A DNA stretch of 64,000 nt from assembly GCF_006345805.1 (NCBI RefSeq), contig NC_043002.1:6076001-6140000 (forward strand), written 5' to 3'. The first letter of the stretch is position 1. The number at the start of each line of letters is the position of its first letter. The notes under the pieces are model-generated. The model ran no database searches. It saw only the letters and a program-made list of their open reading frames with translations, and was not told the DNA's origin. Source of the stretch: Octopus sinensis (Eukaryota). The translations under genes and the position numbers were made by a program. Positions 38,364 to 51,945 of this stretch are shown piece by piece.

Positions 38364-39619
38364 CTCGAGTAAAATCCTGAATCTTCAGGTTTTGTTATGA
38401 AAGTCCATGATAACTGACGCTTGTAGGCATGGCTCCTGAAGAATAAGAGTAGCACTTTGAAGCTTCCTTAAGAGCCAGGTGTTGGAGCTGAACAAGGACG
38501 AGGGGTTAAGTCTACCCCGGCCCATAAAACTACCCACTGTCTCTCCGATGGGCTTCCACTTAGTTTCCGACAAAAAAAATTCACTCAAAAGACTATAATA
38601 AAAGCAGTGAGATCGAACCCGAAGATACGGTTTACAAAGTAAAATTTTTATGCACAGAGCGTTGTTTGCTGATGAGTTGTGAAGATGTTAGTTTAATGTA
38701 GACTTTATGCGTTGTACCGAGGATGTTTCAGAAGTCGGAGTCCAACCATCCTATATCTACAAGTGGAAGTTAGCTTATAACTGCACTATAACAAAGCACT
38801 CATTCATTTTTATAGTGTTGCTTCTACTAACAACGATGTGTTGTTCCTATTCTGCGGCACACATGTACAGCTACGTTTGTGGAGGAAATTGATCCACGAA
38901 TACGACAGTGCTGACAATGGTACTATATGAATTAGAGGCATTTTGGTTTTCTTGTATCATATCGATTCGACCATTCAATATTTCAACACTTCTGAGAGAG
39001 CCTTTTAATTAATTAGCAAGGTTTGCTTAAATTTTGTCTGACATATGTTTTTGTTAATAAGTTTACTATTTTTCGAACTATTAATTTCATCTTTAGAAAT
39101 AGAAAATACTTAATATTTAGATAATGATCCGTGATCTTCATCGGATGTTTTGTTAATGTATATAAATAATATGTATCTTCATCAATCGTCACCCTTGTTG
39201 TTTCCAACTTCCCAAGCCCTTCATTAGAACGTCCTCCCTCTGGAATCTCCACTCTGGCTATATCTTTTCTGCAGATATTGACTTACAACAGTTAAAACAG
39301 AATATTAACGATATCGATCTAGTCAACTTCGAAAAACTTGTTATAACCATTAACTCTTCCCCTTCTTCCTGATTCTTAAAATAAAGCGAAAAGTCTAAGG
39401 TCCCTAATAACAACCACAGATGAAACCTGTCTAAATACTGTGTAGATGAAAATAACGAGAAATCTCTTCATTTGTAAAGATTAGGCTAATAGCAGAAAAA
39501 CGATAATCTTAACAATTTTAGTTGACTTAAGAAATTAACACTTATTGTTGAGTCTTGGGAGAGTCAATACGCCAATGTTAATAACACACGCATCGGCCCA
39601 ATTCCACTTCTTTATTTCT

Positions 39620-39917
39620 TGTGGAGGCACATGGCCCAGTGGTTAGAGCAGCGGACTCACGGTCAAGGGATCGTGGGTTCGAATCTCAGACCAGGTGATG
39701 TGTGTGTTTATGAGCGAAAACACCTAAGCTCCACGCGGCTCCGGCAGAAGGTAATGGCGAACTTCTGCTGATTCTTTCACCACAACTTTCACTCTTTCCT
39801 CCTGCATCTTGCAGCTCACCTGCGACGTACCGGCGTCCCGTCCAGGTGGGGAACGTATGCGCCAAAGAAACCGGGAAACCGGCCCTTATGAGCCAGGTGC
39901 GGCTCGAGAAGGAACAA
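39620..39917 (+). mobile_element. SINE family C, full length with 14-bp TSD
   Basis: A box tggcccagtgg, B box ggttcgaatct; TSD acttctttatttct at 39606-39619 and 39918-39931. Confidence 0.92.
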
Positions 39918-40514
39918 ACTTCTTTATTTCTAGCCAGTTGGTTGAATATTTATGCAAGTAGTTGAGCGATCGTTTGTTTAACCTGTTGGTTAAGCAGTCA
40001 AACTTTTTTTTTCTTTTTGTTCATCAAAGTGCTTCCATCGTCAATGGCAACCTTTTCAGTGACTGTCTCTTTTACTTCATTACAGAGGTGAGGCCGTCTT
40101 TGCTTGTCTGAGACCTTGTTGCTTGTGTGTGTGTGTGTGTTTGTGTGTAGTTAGATGCGGTAAGGATGAGAATGACCGACAGAGTTGTGTGTGTGTGTGC
40201 ATGCGTGTGCTCGTATGTGTGTGGTTGTGTGTACTTGCTGTTTAATGAAAATAACAACAAATCTTCAAGTTAGTAAAGCTATAAACTGGATTCCTTTGAA
40301 AATAGTAAATGATTGTACTTTTAAAAGAGAAGGGGTGGGGGGAAATAACTTTTCTTCCTCAAAATGAAACCTTCTTCGCCAAGGAAGCCTTGTCCTGAAA
40401 CCTAGTAACGAAATCTTGTTAACAGTTCTTCTAAACAGCTGGTTTGAAGAAAACCTTTATGTCGGCGGCACATGTAATTGAGCGCAAAATCTTTAACAGG
40501 TAAATGTTAGTCGG

Positions 40515-40546
<32 letters not shown>

Positions 40547-40770
40547 CGAACACATGGCTAATTCTTGAAGACTGCCATAATATCATGCGGTGGTCCATTA
40601 ACGATATGTGCGGTGGGGGTATAAATGATGATACACACAATTTCTTTCTCATCATTGCAGCAATTATATTCATTCGATGGATAAATGTCAGTCCCTTTCG
40701 TGCTCCTTGCTTTGCTGTTTTCTTGTTTTTCGTAGACTCAAACATGAAAACAGAAGTAATGCATAGAGAA

Positions 40771-40825
<55 letters not shown>

Positions 40826-40964
40826 TGTGGGTCTGTGTTTGTGTCTGTTATGTACATATTTGTAAATGTGTATATATTTGTGATGGCAAAGAAAAAAAAG
40901 CGGTGCAATAAAACGACGATAAAGCACGTTTTATTTGACTAACATCAAAAGGTTGAACATGTGT

Positions 40965-41004
<40 letters not shown>

Positions 41005-41229
41005 GTGCGTGTGCATGTGTGCATCTTTTTAGAAGGCCCTCTGAAATATATATTTTTAATACTCTTTCCTATTTTGCTTATATATATATTTATATTACCA
41101 ATTTTAGTTCGAGAGTTGCGGCCATACTGAGGGAACCGTCGTTTGCTTTCCTACCTATCCACTACTTGAAACCTCCTCTGACATGTGGAATTTGATGAAT
41201 GATGTGTTCGGTGAATGAGCGAGTTTGAT

Positions 41230-41985
41230 GTATGTTACTACATATCTTTCCTGCCTTTATTCTAGGGAGAAGAGTCTCAACGTTTTCAGTCTCTCCCAGT
41301 AAGGCGCATTGAGACGTTCTCTGTAGTTTTGCTCGATTGCACCGAGTTCCACCGTTAATTTTACACTGTGTCGAGCCCAAAATTGGGAACAGTTATCTAA
41401 ACGGCTGAGGAAAAATATCTTTCAGTGAGTCATCATGGATTCCTATTCTCTCGTTCTGAAAGTTCTAAGGACCCATCCATCCAGCCGCCTGCATCTTGTT
41501 GCCATCTCAGTAATATGCAACTGGAAAGATGCACCAGTACTCCTGTCAATGCCTAGGTCGCGCACCGATTTTGATTCAGGGATTGCAATCCCTCCTGGGC
41601 CAGTGTAACTTGTATACACTTCATTCTGCTTCGTGTACTAGTAGCGCAGGGCTAGCATGCATTAAACTGCAACAAAATGTACTAAACTGCATGTTATTGC
41701 CCTCAACCTACGTGTACGTTGCGTCCAATCCTTGCGCAACATGTCCATGGTTCTGTATTCTCAGGGAGGCTTTTGAATCGTGTTCATAACTTGCAAGGAT
41801 GGCTATCTGAGTAGCTGAGAGCATGTTTGAGAGGGTCACTATTAATAGCAGTGGCCCAAGACAGTGCTTTGTGGGATACCACTCCTTATTTGCGTCTCCT
41901 TAGAGGTAGCCCAGTTCGCTACTGCTACATAATTTCTATCTTTTAGAAACTCGTGTTGCCAGTCTCCAAGTTTTAATCCTATAGA
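41230..41985 (-). mobile_element. CR1-group LINE reverse transcriptase fragment, pseudogenised
   Basis: Minus strand: HEFLKDR, SGIPQSTVLG (cf. SGVPQGTVLGP), SYEHDSK (cf. YADDTK), VRDLGI, GWVLRTFRTRE, LSRLDNCSQFW, YWERLKTLRLFSLE*RQERY. Confidence 0.88.
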
Positions 41986-42287
41986 TCAAAGCATTTATCG
42001 TAGAACGACAATCGGCCATTTAATGAGTTTCATGAGCAGTTAGATGAAAGAAACTAGTAAAATAGAGTCCACATTATGAACTCACTTATCCCATTGCTCA
42101 TATTTTCACATCTAAACCGCAACAACATTGACATATATATTATGGCATGAATTACATAATGTTGTCTGAATTGCATAACGTTACTGTGAGATGAAGAATA
42201 AATAATATCGTCCGTTTACAGAAACAATTGCAATGTCAATTTGACTTACCTTCCTCATTAGTATATTATTAAATATATATAAATATC

Positions 42288-42369
<82 letters not shown>

Positions 42370-42371
42370 TA

Positions 42372-42952
42372 TTAGGGAATATAATTCCAACATTTACAGG
42401 TAAAAATTCAATTTAACAATTTTAAGTCAAATATCACAATATATAACATATGTATATAATTTAGAGAAAAACCATGTATTAACTATAAATAATCGAAAAA
42501 ATTTAACAATACTTCTTAAAATAAAAATATAAATTATCTTGTCGAAAATCCTTCGACAAGATAAGTTATATTTTTATTTTAAGAAATATTGTTAAATGTT
42601 TTTCGATTATTTATAGTTAATACACGTATTTTTTTATAATTAGTATACTTTAAGATAAGTACATTTATTCTATTATTATTTTTTATTATTTTCTATCTTA
42701 GACCTGATGAGTGACTATATTTTTAAATAGAATTTATTTTTGTTCGACTTAATTTTGAATCGAATTGATTTTATTCTTATTATCTATTTGAAAATATAGT
42801 AATGAAACGTGCGTAGTCATTTTACTACTATTTACTATTTATTGTACTTTATTGATTTGAAATAAGGTCTTTTATAGTATATGTTTTCTATATGGTGAGA
42901 ATAACATCTTTCTTTATTGAATTGTTTAATAGTGGTTTTTCTCTAAATTATA
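42372..42952 (+). mobile_element. PLE-pLTR-like foldback element with internal 150-bp hairpin and HHR
   Basis: Hairpin 42475-42624 (72-bp arms, loop aatcc); outer IR 42455-42474 and 42933-42952; HHR at 42701-42818; flanked by microsatellites. Confidence 0.65.
42701..42818 (+). ncRNA. Type I hammerhead ribozyme motif, canonical core, very long helix II
   Basis: gac-CTGATGA(42704-10)-gt g actatatttt..aaataga...tctattt..aaaatatagt a at-GAAA(42804-07)-cgtgcg-TA-gtc; helix III ACGTGCGT is near-palindromic; helix I only 3 bp. Confidence 0.72.
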
Positions 42953-42966
42953 CACACACGCGCGCG

Positions 42967-43001
<35 letters not shown>

Positions 43002-43437
43002 GTACATACATACATACATACATACATACATACATACATACATACATAATACATACATTCAAATATTTAGATGTACACATGCATATATGCGTGGCTATGC
43101 ATACATATATTTTTATATTTATATGTTGTTTATAAATCTGTATCCCATTCTAGATTTACTTTTGGAAAAACGTATCATCCTCATGCAGTCATTTAGATGA
43201 AAATTGACCTAACGAATTCATATATATGCATTTGTATACATATGTATAATATAAAACACGGAGCTACGTTAGAACCAGGTAAGAAAATCGTAATATATAT
43301 GTATAGGAATATAGTCTCTTCAACCATAATGTCCCCCAAATTCCCTGTGTAAAAGAAAGTTAACACAAGCACCAAATTCATCCCTTGTCTGACCTATGCT
43401 GTTCGTCTAAAAGAATTACCTGTAAATATTGTTTGTG

Positions 43438-43537
43438 NNNNNNNNNNNNNNNNNNNNNNNNNNNNNNNNNNNNNNNNNNNNNNNNNNNNNNNNNNNNNNN
43501 NNNNNNNNNNNNNNNNNNNNNNNNNNNNNNNNNNNNN
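43438..43537. other. Assembly gap (100 N)
   Basis: Run of exactly 100 N; true size and contiguity unknown. Confidence 1.
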
Positions 43538-43880
43538 TGCTCTATTAGTCATATTTTATTTCAGGATAAAAGCAAACATAGATTAAGCAGATTTTATTCT
43601 GTAGATAAAGATCTTGTTATAACAACACTAATGAAAATGAAATTCTCTTAAATATTAATATTTTGATTTTGTCACGAAATCAAAGTCTTGTGTTCTCTTC
43701 TAGAAATATGAATGCTTTCTAATATTTTTTTATGTAGATACATTGTTCTGCTTTTTTTTTCTTAATAAACATGAGTTTTTAATCTTTTAAATGTATTATA
43801 CCCGTAGCTCTGAGCAAAGCTGCATTCTAAAAGACGTCATACATTCATAACGATAATACCTCAATATACTGTAAGCTGCA

Positions 43881-44228
43881 TCGGGGTCGATAAATAATTC
43901 CGCCGAGGTCGACTTTGCATTTCATCCTTTCGGGGTCGATAAATTAAGTACCAGTTATGCATTGGGTTCGATGTAATCGACTTAATCCGTGTATCTATCC
44001 TTGCCTGTCCTCTATGTTTAGCCCCTTGTAGGTAGTAAAGAAATAGGTATTTCGTCTGCTGCTACGTTCTGATTTCAATTTCCGCCGAGGTCGACTTTGC
44101 CTTTCATCCTTTCGGGGTCGATAAAGTAAGTACCAGTTACGCACTAGGGTCGATGTAATCGACTTAATCCTTTTGTCTGTCCTTGTTTTCCCACTCTGTG
44201 TTTAGCCCCTTGTGGGTTGTAAAGAAAT
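43881..44228 (+). mobile_element. Tandem dimer of SINE family A inserted as one unit
   Basis: 17-bp TSD atatactgtaagctgca at 43864-43880 and 44229-44245; junction aaagaaata|ggtatttcgtctg. Confidence 0.88.
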
Positions 44229-45486
44229 ATATACTGTAAGCTGCAAAGGAGGCCATGTGAACTTCCAGTTCTATATGTTGATGAGAAATGTTAATTCATT
44301 AGTAAAGTGAATAGTCATACTATGTCAGTTAACTAAAATAAGTAACCACTTGCTAAAAAATTGTAGATTTATTTAAATATATCAATTTAATTAACGTAAA
44401 ACAATTAGCCCAATAATTCATTAAATAAAGGATCAACACAATATATTATATTAAGATATAAAAATTTAGGAAAAAGGAAAACATTTTGCTGCCCAGTTAA
44501 GCCGGCTTTCATAATATCATGTGTCGTTAAAATTCAGATGTGCTTGCTAAACTGTAATAACGGAAACTTCTATACAAATGATTTATTTACCTAAGCGCTT
44601 GTGTACTATGCTGTAAAAAAGGTTTCAATATATGATAAAACTTTGTGAGGGAAATGAACCTTTCAAGGGATTACTAAAGGAATGAATAACATTTGATACT
44701 AATGTTTCCTATTTTAAACACTAGGAATTTTATGGGTATTTACATTTTAACCATTATTAATTTTCCAAAATCCATGGTAGCTTATTTTCTTCATTAAACA
44801 AGCATCAGCTTTTAACTCTATGTTGTTCCTCGACCTTCTCAGAATAGTAACAACTTTTGTCTCAAATCAAGCAATATCCTTTACGAAAAGAAACAAAACA
44901 AAGAAAAGAACACATTTGACGATGTAGCCTTAGATTAACAAGAAAGTTTTGATGATCATGTGTGGAACGTATTTGATCACAACTAGCTTGGTGTTAAACA
45001 ACAACGACCGAATAAATGCTCGTCATATATTCGACAATCATGATTTGTTTTTCGTAGACGTTCGCATATTTATTCTTAACACGTTGAGGCAGGTTCAAAC
45101 GCAAATATGCAGGTAGCTGTATTGTAAGTCATAGGAGAAGGACTTCAGAGTTTAAACATACTCGGCTCATTGGCGCACGGCATTCTGGGACAAGTGTTTT
45201 GATATGCTGTGTCTCGTCGGCCAGAAGGAGATATGTGTAAATTATTGATTTTCTTTACAAGCACATAATAAATTGTTGGTAAAAAGTGTATAAACGATTA
45301 TGTTGGCACGATAACTTTACTTGTCATTTAAGAAGCATAAAATGCAAAGTTAGCTCCAGAAGGACATCAACTGAAATGTGTCCGTATATTAGGTTTATAA
45401 ATGCTTAAATATAAATATTTAAATATCAACTTTTATTCTTCCAACTGATACAATATAGAAGTATAAGTTATACAATTCTACATATA

Positions 45487-46077
45487 GGCGGCGAGCTGGC
45501 AGAACCGTTAGTGCGCCGGGCGAAATGCTTAGCGGTATTTCGTCTGCCGTTACGTTCTGAGTTCAAATTCCACCGAGGTCGACTTTGTCTTTCATCCTTT
45601 CGGGCTCGATTAAATAAGTACCAGTTACGCACTGGGTCGATATAATCGACTTAATACCTATATCTGTCCTTGTTTGTCCACTCTATGTTTGGCCCCTTGC
45701 GATTGGTAAAGAAATACGTATTTCGTCTGCCGCTGTGTTCTGAGTTCAAATTCCGCCGAAGTCGACTTTGCCGTTCATCCTTTCGGGGTCGATAAAGACA
45801 GTAGCAGTTACGCACCAGGGTCGATGTAATCGACTTAATAAGGAGAGGGCGGCGAGCTGGCAAAAACGTTAGCACGCCGGGCGAAATGCTTAGCAGTTTT
45901 TTGTCTGCCGTTACGTTCTGTGCTCAAATTCCACCGAGGTCAACTTTGTCTTTCATCCTTTCGGGGTCGATTAAATAAGTACCAGTTACGCACTGGGTCG
46001 ATGTAATCGACTTAATACCTATGTCTGTCCTTGTTTGTCCCCTCTATGTTTAGCCCCTTGTGGGTTATAAAGAAATA
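45487..46077 (+). mobile_element. Three tandem SINE family A units
   Basis: Full unit 45487-45717, head-less unit 45718-45840, full unit 45848-46077. Confidence 0.9.
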
Positions 46078-46519
46078 TATATAATTCGACATACTCGCTC
46101 GACTACAGATTACGGACAAATCACATCTAGATCATGACCTGCAAGGTTACGAAAAGAAGGACACAGCTGTAAGCGTAGTCAAAATAATGTAGTCACATTT
46201 AGAAAGCCTTTGGGTCTATAACTGCTCAATTTTCTTTTCCTGACCTGAAATTAAACAACAGAATGACTTATAAATCTGTGTTGACGTTATGAAGATGTTC
46301 TGGATTTATAAGAATATATAATGTGACCCACTGAAAATAGCTGCTAGGATCTGTATATTAATAATAGTGAATCTTCCCGTGGTTTGACCGCAGATTAATT
46401 CCAATGGGTCGAACCGTTGATAAAAGACATTCTGGTTGCGAAGATCCAACCGTTTAAAACACATCCGCATGCAGGCACTGCGCGCACGCACACAAACACA
46501 CGTATATACGCATTTGGGC

Positions 46520-46650
46520 TTCTTTCAGTTTCCGTCTCCCAGACCCACTCACAAAGCCAGGGGCTATAGTAGAAGATACTTGCTTAAGGATCCACGCAGT
46601 GGATCTGAACCTGCTACTATGTGGTTGGCAAGCAAGCTTCTTACCACACA
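46520..46650 (-). mobile_element. SINE family B 5' half
   Basis: cttctttcagtttccgtct...gcaagcttcttaccacaca. Confidence 0.75.
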
Positions 46651-46662
46651 ATCACGTGACCG

Positions 46663-46698
<36 letters not shown>

Positions 46699-47377
46699 GG
46701 TGTGGGGGTGTGCGCGCGCCCGTCCGTGTGTGTGCGTGTCTGTGTCTGTGTGTATGTCTATCTTATGTCTTTCACTTATTTCCAATCATTAGACTGAGGC
46801 CATGATGAACAACCGGTTTGAAGGATTTTGCCGAACAAATCGATCCCAGTATTTCTCTTTTTATATAAGTACATGATTGTTGCATATATCACTCACGAAT
46901 GTGTGTGTGTGTGTGCATGTGTGTGTACATAAGTTTCTTATAGTGAAAAAAAATCTAGAAAAAAAATCTGACCAATAATAGTAAAGAATATGAATACACT
47001 TTATGTCCGTGTATAGGTGCGAATGTACATATACACACACATAAGTAAAGAGAAAAAGAGACACTGGGTGATTTAAGCGAATATACACTTTAGGACAAGA
47101 CACTAGATAGCGCGCAAATCCCAGAATCACAGTAAAATGATAATATGCGTATACCAAGGTATGCATGTGTGTGTGTAGATGTATGTGTGTGTGTACTTGA
47201 GTGTGCGAATGTAAGATAATGAAGAACAAAGGGTGCCAGATAAACAGGCCCTTATAAAAAATACACACACATCCACTCACTCTCACACACATGCGCACAC
47301 AAAACACAACACCCACCTATGTTATATTTATATATATATATATATATAATATATATATATATATATAATATTATTAA

Positions 47378-47695
47378 TTGAGGGAATAAAATCCAACTTA
47401 CAAGGAGAAAAATTCATTTTAGAAATACTAAATCAAATTTCACACAATATAATATATATATAAACAATTAGAAAAAAACATTTTTTATCAATTCAAAATG
47501 AACAATTTAATTACACCATCTAGAAAATTACATATAATAGAAAAGTTAAAATTAAAATAACAATAAAATGTAAAGATTAAGTAACTTGCAAAAATAACAA
47601 TAAAAACATATATAAATTATATGTAATTTTCTAGAAGGTGTAATTTAATTGTTTCTTTTGAATTGATAAAAGGTGGGTTTTTTCTATTTTATATA
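47378..47695. mobile_element. PLE-pLTR-like repeat with ~80-bp inverted arms
   Basis: 47458-47540 vs 47613-47692 reverse-complementary; same family as 17190; (TA)n on both sides. Confidence 0.6.
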
Positions 47696-47987
47696 TATAT
47701 ATATATAATATATATATTATATATATTATATATATATATATATATATCTGTTGTGTGTGTGTGTGTGGTATTTGTGTGGTGTGTTTTGTCTCCCGTCATA
47801 ACTTAAAAAGCGGTGTTGGCTTGTTTACGTTCGACAATAAGAGACCGATAGAATATGTCTGTGTGTGTGTATATGTATGTATGCATGTAGGTATGCATGT
47901 ATGTATATATGTATGTGTTTGTTTATGTATATGTATACATATAAAATATATAATATATATATGAATGTATACATGTATCTATGCACA

Positions 47988-48018
<31 letters not shown>

Positions 48019-48206
48019 CCATATCTACATATATATCCATATACATATACACGTATACACAGACACACATATATGTATACACGCACATATAACACACACA
48101 CACACACACCCCCACACACACACATATATATTATGTGTGTGTGTATATGTCTATATGTTACTATCTATGTATCTATCTATCTATCTATCTATATATAGTA
48201 TCTATC

Positions 48207-48237
<31 letters not shown>

Positions 48238-48622
48238 TACATGCGTTTTCTCTACTGTTTAATTATTTAAGTTTTGCCCCTGATGAAGGAGCTGGTCTTT
48301 AACAATGATACGAAGCTCCATCGTTGGAATGTAATAATAAAAACAATGTCAAATAACAAATTTGAGAAACGTCTAACATATTTTTACCGTTCTGTTTACA
48401 GACTGCATTTGTAATTTCCAGTCGGTTGGTTGATTTCTCAAAATCCTAGATTATCCAGATTGTCACTCAGGCATTTACTTACAAAACTAAGTCATCAATG
48501 ATTATTGGTATAAATGTAAATTTATATTTTGGATATTGAAGCTGAAGGTTTCAAAGCAGTTGTTCATAGTCATCCTATTACCTTTGATTTTCAATGAGAT
48601 ATTGACATCAGTAGCCTTATAT

Positions 48623-48813
48623 ACTCTTTTACTTGTTTCAGTCATGTGACTGTGGTCATGCTGGAGCACCGCCTTTAGTCGAGCACATCGACCCCAGGAC
48701 TTATTCTTTGTAAGCTTAGTACTTATTCTATCGGTCTCTTTTGCCGAACCACTAAGTTACGGGGACGTAATTACAGCATCGGTTGTCAAGCGATGTTGGG
48801 GAGACAAACACAA

Positions 48814-48860
<47 letters not shown>

Positions 48861-48947
48861 CGACGGGCTTCATTCAGTTTCCGTCTACCAAATCCACTCA
48901 CAAGGCTTTGGTCGGCCCGAGGCTATAGTAGAAGATACTTGCCCAAG
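48623..48947 (-). mobile_element. SINE family B, 5'-truncated
   Basis: Matches family B consensus seen elsewhere in the window. Confidence 0.85.
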
Positions 48948-49204
48948 TGTGTACATTCCCTATCACTATCTGTTTCAAAATAAGATGTGGTGATGATACA
49001 GAAGTGGATTTTGAAAGAAAAGAAACATTATGACATACTATTATCTTTTTACGATTTGCAAGCAAGAATATACGTAATCGTTTGTCGATTTTGAAATCAG
49101 GTGATAGTACGGTTATATAGAAATTTATGTGCTTTAATAAAGTACATGTCCCTATCTATCGGTCTATCTATCTGTCTATCCGTCTGTCTGTCTGTCTCTA
49201 TCTA

Positions 49205-49247
<43 letters not shown>

Positions 49248-49735
49248 TCTGTCTGTCTATCTATCTATCTAATTATACACATACTCATAAATATGGTTGT
49301 GCGTATGTCAACATTTGTCTACTGAATGAATAATATAATAATAATGAAATTATTGTATACAGTGCTCAGGTGCACCACAACTTGTCAAAAGTGCGTATAA
49401 AGTATATGCAGTATTACCTGTTCATCTTAATACCTGTTTAAATTTTTCAAATATGTATGCATGCGCTTATATACACATTTACCCAAATACAGACACAACA
49501 CACAGCACATAGATATATAAACATTGATAAACATGTACATATGAATATGATTCTGGAAGTAAATGTAGGGAAAGCAAGTCAGACAGATCAATATATAAAG
49601 TACATTAAATACGTGAAATACAAAAGAATGTATATATGCATTCATATAAGAAGATCCGATACATATATACATTCTTTTTTTGTATTTCATGTGTTTAAGA
49701 TGCTATATATATTGATCTTTATATATTTATATCCT

Positions 49736-50103
49736 CTTTTACTCTTTTACTTGTTTCAGTCATTTGACTGCAGCCATGCTGGAGCACCGCATTTAGTCGA
49801 GGAAATCGACACCCAGGACTTATTCTTTGTAAGCCTAGTACTTATTCTATCGGTCTCTTTTGCCGAACCGCTAAGTTACGGGGACGTAAACACACCAGCA
49901 TCGGTTGTCAAATGATTTTGGGGGCACAAACACAGACACACAAACACACACACATATATATACATATATATACGACGGGCTTCTATCAGTTTCCGTCTAT
50001 CAAATCCACTCAGAAGGCTTTGGTCGGCTCGAGGCAGTGGGCCTGAACCCGGAACCATGTGATTGGTAAGCAAGCTACTTACCACACAGCCAGTCCTGCG
50101 CCT
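49736..50103 (-). mobile_element. SINE family B with internal deletion
   Basis: Matches family B consensus seen elsewhere in the window. Confidence 0.85.
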
Positions 50104-50546
50104 ATGATACTTTATATATTGATCTGTCTACCTGCTCAAGTTCAAATCTCTTGAGCACTACAAAGTGTATTCTATACGGAGAAAATTTGGATCTCATCTA
50201 TGAACTATATTTATAATCACGTGTGCGGATGCATATGTGTACGTCTTGATTATGGATATTTTTTTTTATTAAAGTTTCAGCTCAGAGCTGCGGCCATGCT
50301 GATGCACCGCCGTTATGTACGCAATTTGGCCTAAACATTGGGAACATCTTTCTAATACATTTATTATAACATTCACACTCACTCTTCTGGCGAAATCCAG
50401 ATGTGATATCTAAATTACAATTATTATTTATCATAATTGCTCTTCAAAACTATTACTAAGTATCACAAACTTAGACATGACTGTGAATTTACACACACAG
50501 AGACACAAACACATACACGCACACTCACACTGATATATATGCATAC

Positions 50547-50590
<44 letters not shown>

Positions 50591-50641
50591 GTATGTGTAT
50601 ATATATATGTATATACATACATACATACATACATACATACA

Positions 50642-50675
<34 letters not shown>

Positions 50676-50756
50676 ACAAAGTGAAGTTGTAAGGTACCGC
50701 ACGAGTGGAATTATATATGAAAGAAGGTTTCAAAATGCAATTTTAAAAGATGTTTA

Positions 50757-50803
50757 TTCACTTTACCGGTTTCACTTTTTTAGAAAAAGATTGTCAAAAG
50801 TAA
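50757..50803 (-). ncRNA. Type I hammerhead ribozyme motif, U3-A8 core variant
   Basis: Reverse complement ttactt-TTGACAA-t cttttt/cta/aaaaag t-GAAA-ccgg-TA-aagtga; palindromic ACCGGT; 6-bp helix I; U.U mismatch at base of helix II. Confidence 0.65.
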
Positions 50804-51229
50804 CATGTAAAAGCTTTGTTGTGTTAGGTACTGGTTGTCACAAAATATTACAATATATATATACATTCTTTGATAAAAATAAGAAAATGTTAAAAGCAGT
50901 TTAAAGAAATATCTAGGGAAAATATTAAAAAGTTCATTAAAATATTAGGCACAAAAAATTACAAAGGTCACTTCATCCCAAATTCTTTGTATATATATAC
51001 TACGTAAATATGACCTTTTTGAACTTATAATTTTCTGTGTATATATATATAGATACTTCAAACAAACATGATTTCTAATGAAATCCTTATATTTTTTATG
51101 AACGTTTTAATAATCTCTCAAGATTTTTTTCTGTAAACTGTTTTTAACATTTTCTTATTATTATCAAAGAACGTATATATGTATTGTAATTTTTTGTGCC
51201 TAATATTTTAATGACGGAATAGACCGTTC

Positions 51230-51420
51230 GCTCAAGAAAGAGTGAGAGAAATTTGGGGCGAAAGAGTACAACAGGTGTCGCCACAACTCCCTGCCGGTGC
51301 CTCGTGGAGCTTTAGGTGTTTTCGCTCAATAAACACACACAACGCCCGGTCTGGGAATCGAAACCGCGATCCTCCGACCGCGAGTCCGCTGCCCTAACTA
51401 CTGGGCCATTGCGCCTCCAT
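51230..51420 (-). mobile_element. SINE family C, 3'-truncated
   Basis: Reverse complement ggaggcgcaatggcccagtagttagggcagcggactcgcggtcggaggatcgcggtttcgattccc. Confidence 0.85.
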
Positions 51421-51854
51421 TTCTGTTGCTGCTTTTCCTGCAGCTGATAAGAAAAAGCAGCAGTGATCGGTGAGCTGGAAAAATCGTTACCTTTCCGGAG
51501 AAAATGCTTAGCAGCATTTCTTCCGATTTTACCTTCTGTGTTCAAATACCGCCGGGATCGACTTTGCCTTTTATCCTTTCGAGGTCGATGAAATAAGTAC
51601 TAGTTGAACAGTGAAAATCGATGAATTCGACTTACTCTCCTCACCCTAACTTGCTGGCTTTGTGCCATTGATTCCGCCGAGGTGGACTTTGCCTTTCATC
51701 CCAACAATGCATGGCTATGATGCTCCCCTACTATTTCTGTTCGTCATCAGAGATGCGCATATCGTCAGCAACTAAGGAACATGCTCAACTAGTTACGGTC
51801 AAACAACTGACAAGCAAATCTGTGGTATTGAGCTTATTATTATTATTATTATTA

Positions 51855-51896
<42 letters not shown>

Positions 51897-51910
51897 TATT
51901 ATTATTATCA

Positions 51911-51945
<35 letters not shown>

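Noticed and set aside
43385-43651. ORF spanning X residues
   Set aside because: Artefact of the 100-N gap.
48277-48330. CTGATGA-a-ggagct...agctcc then atcgttgg
   Set aside because: GAAA deleted; probable degenerate HHR, not counted as intact.
51725-51770. Minus-strand CTGATGA-cgaaca-GAAA-tag-TA
   Set aside because: No helix II, and the fuller copy at about 52280 reads CTGATCA...GAAG, so the match looks accidental.
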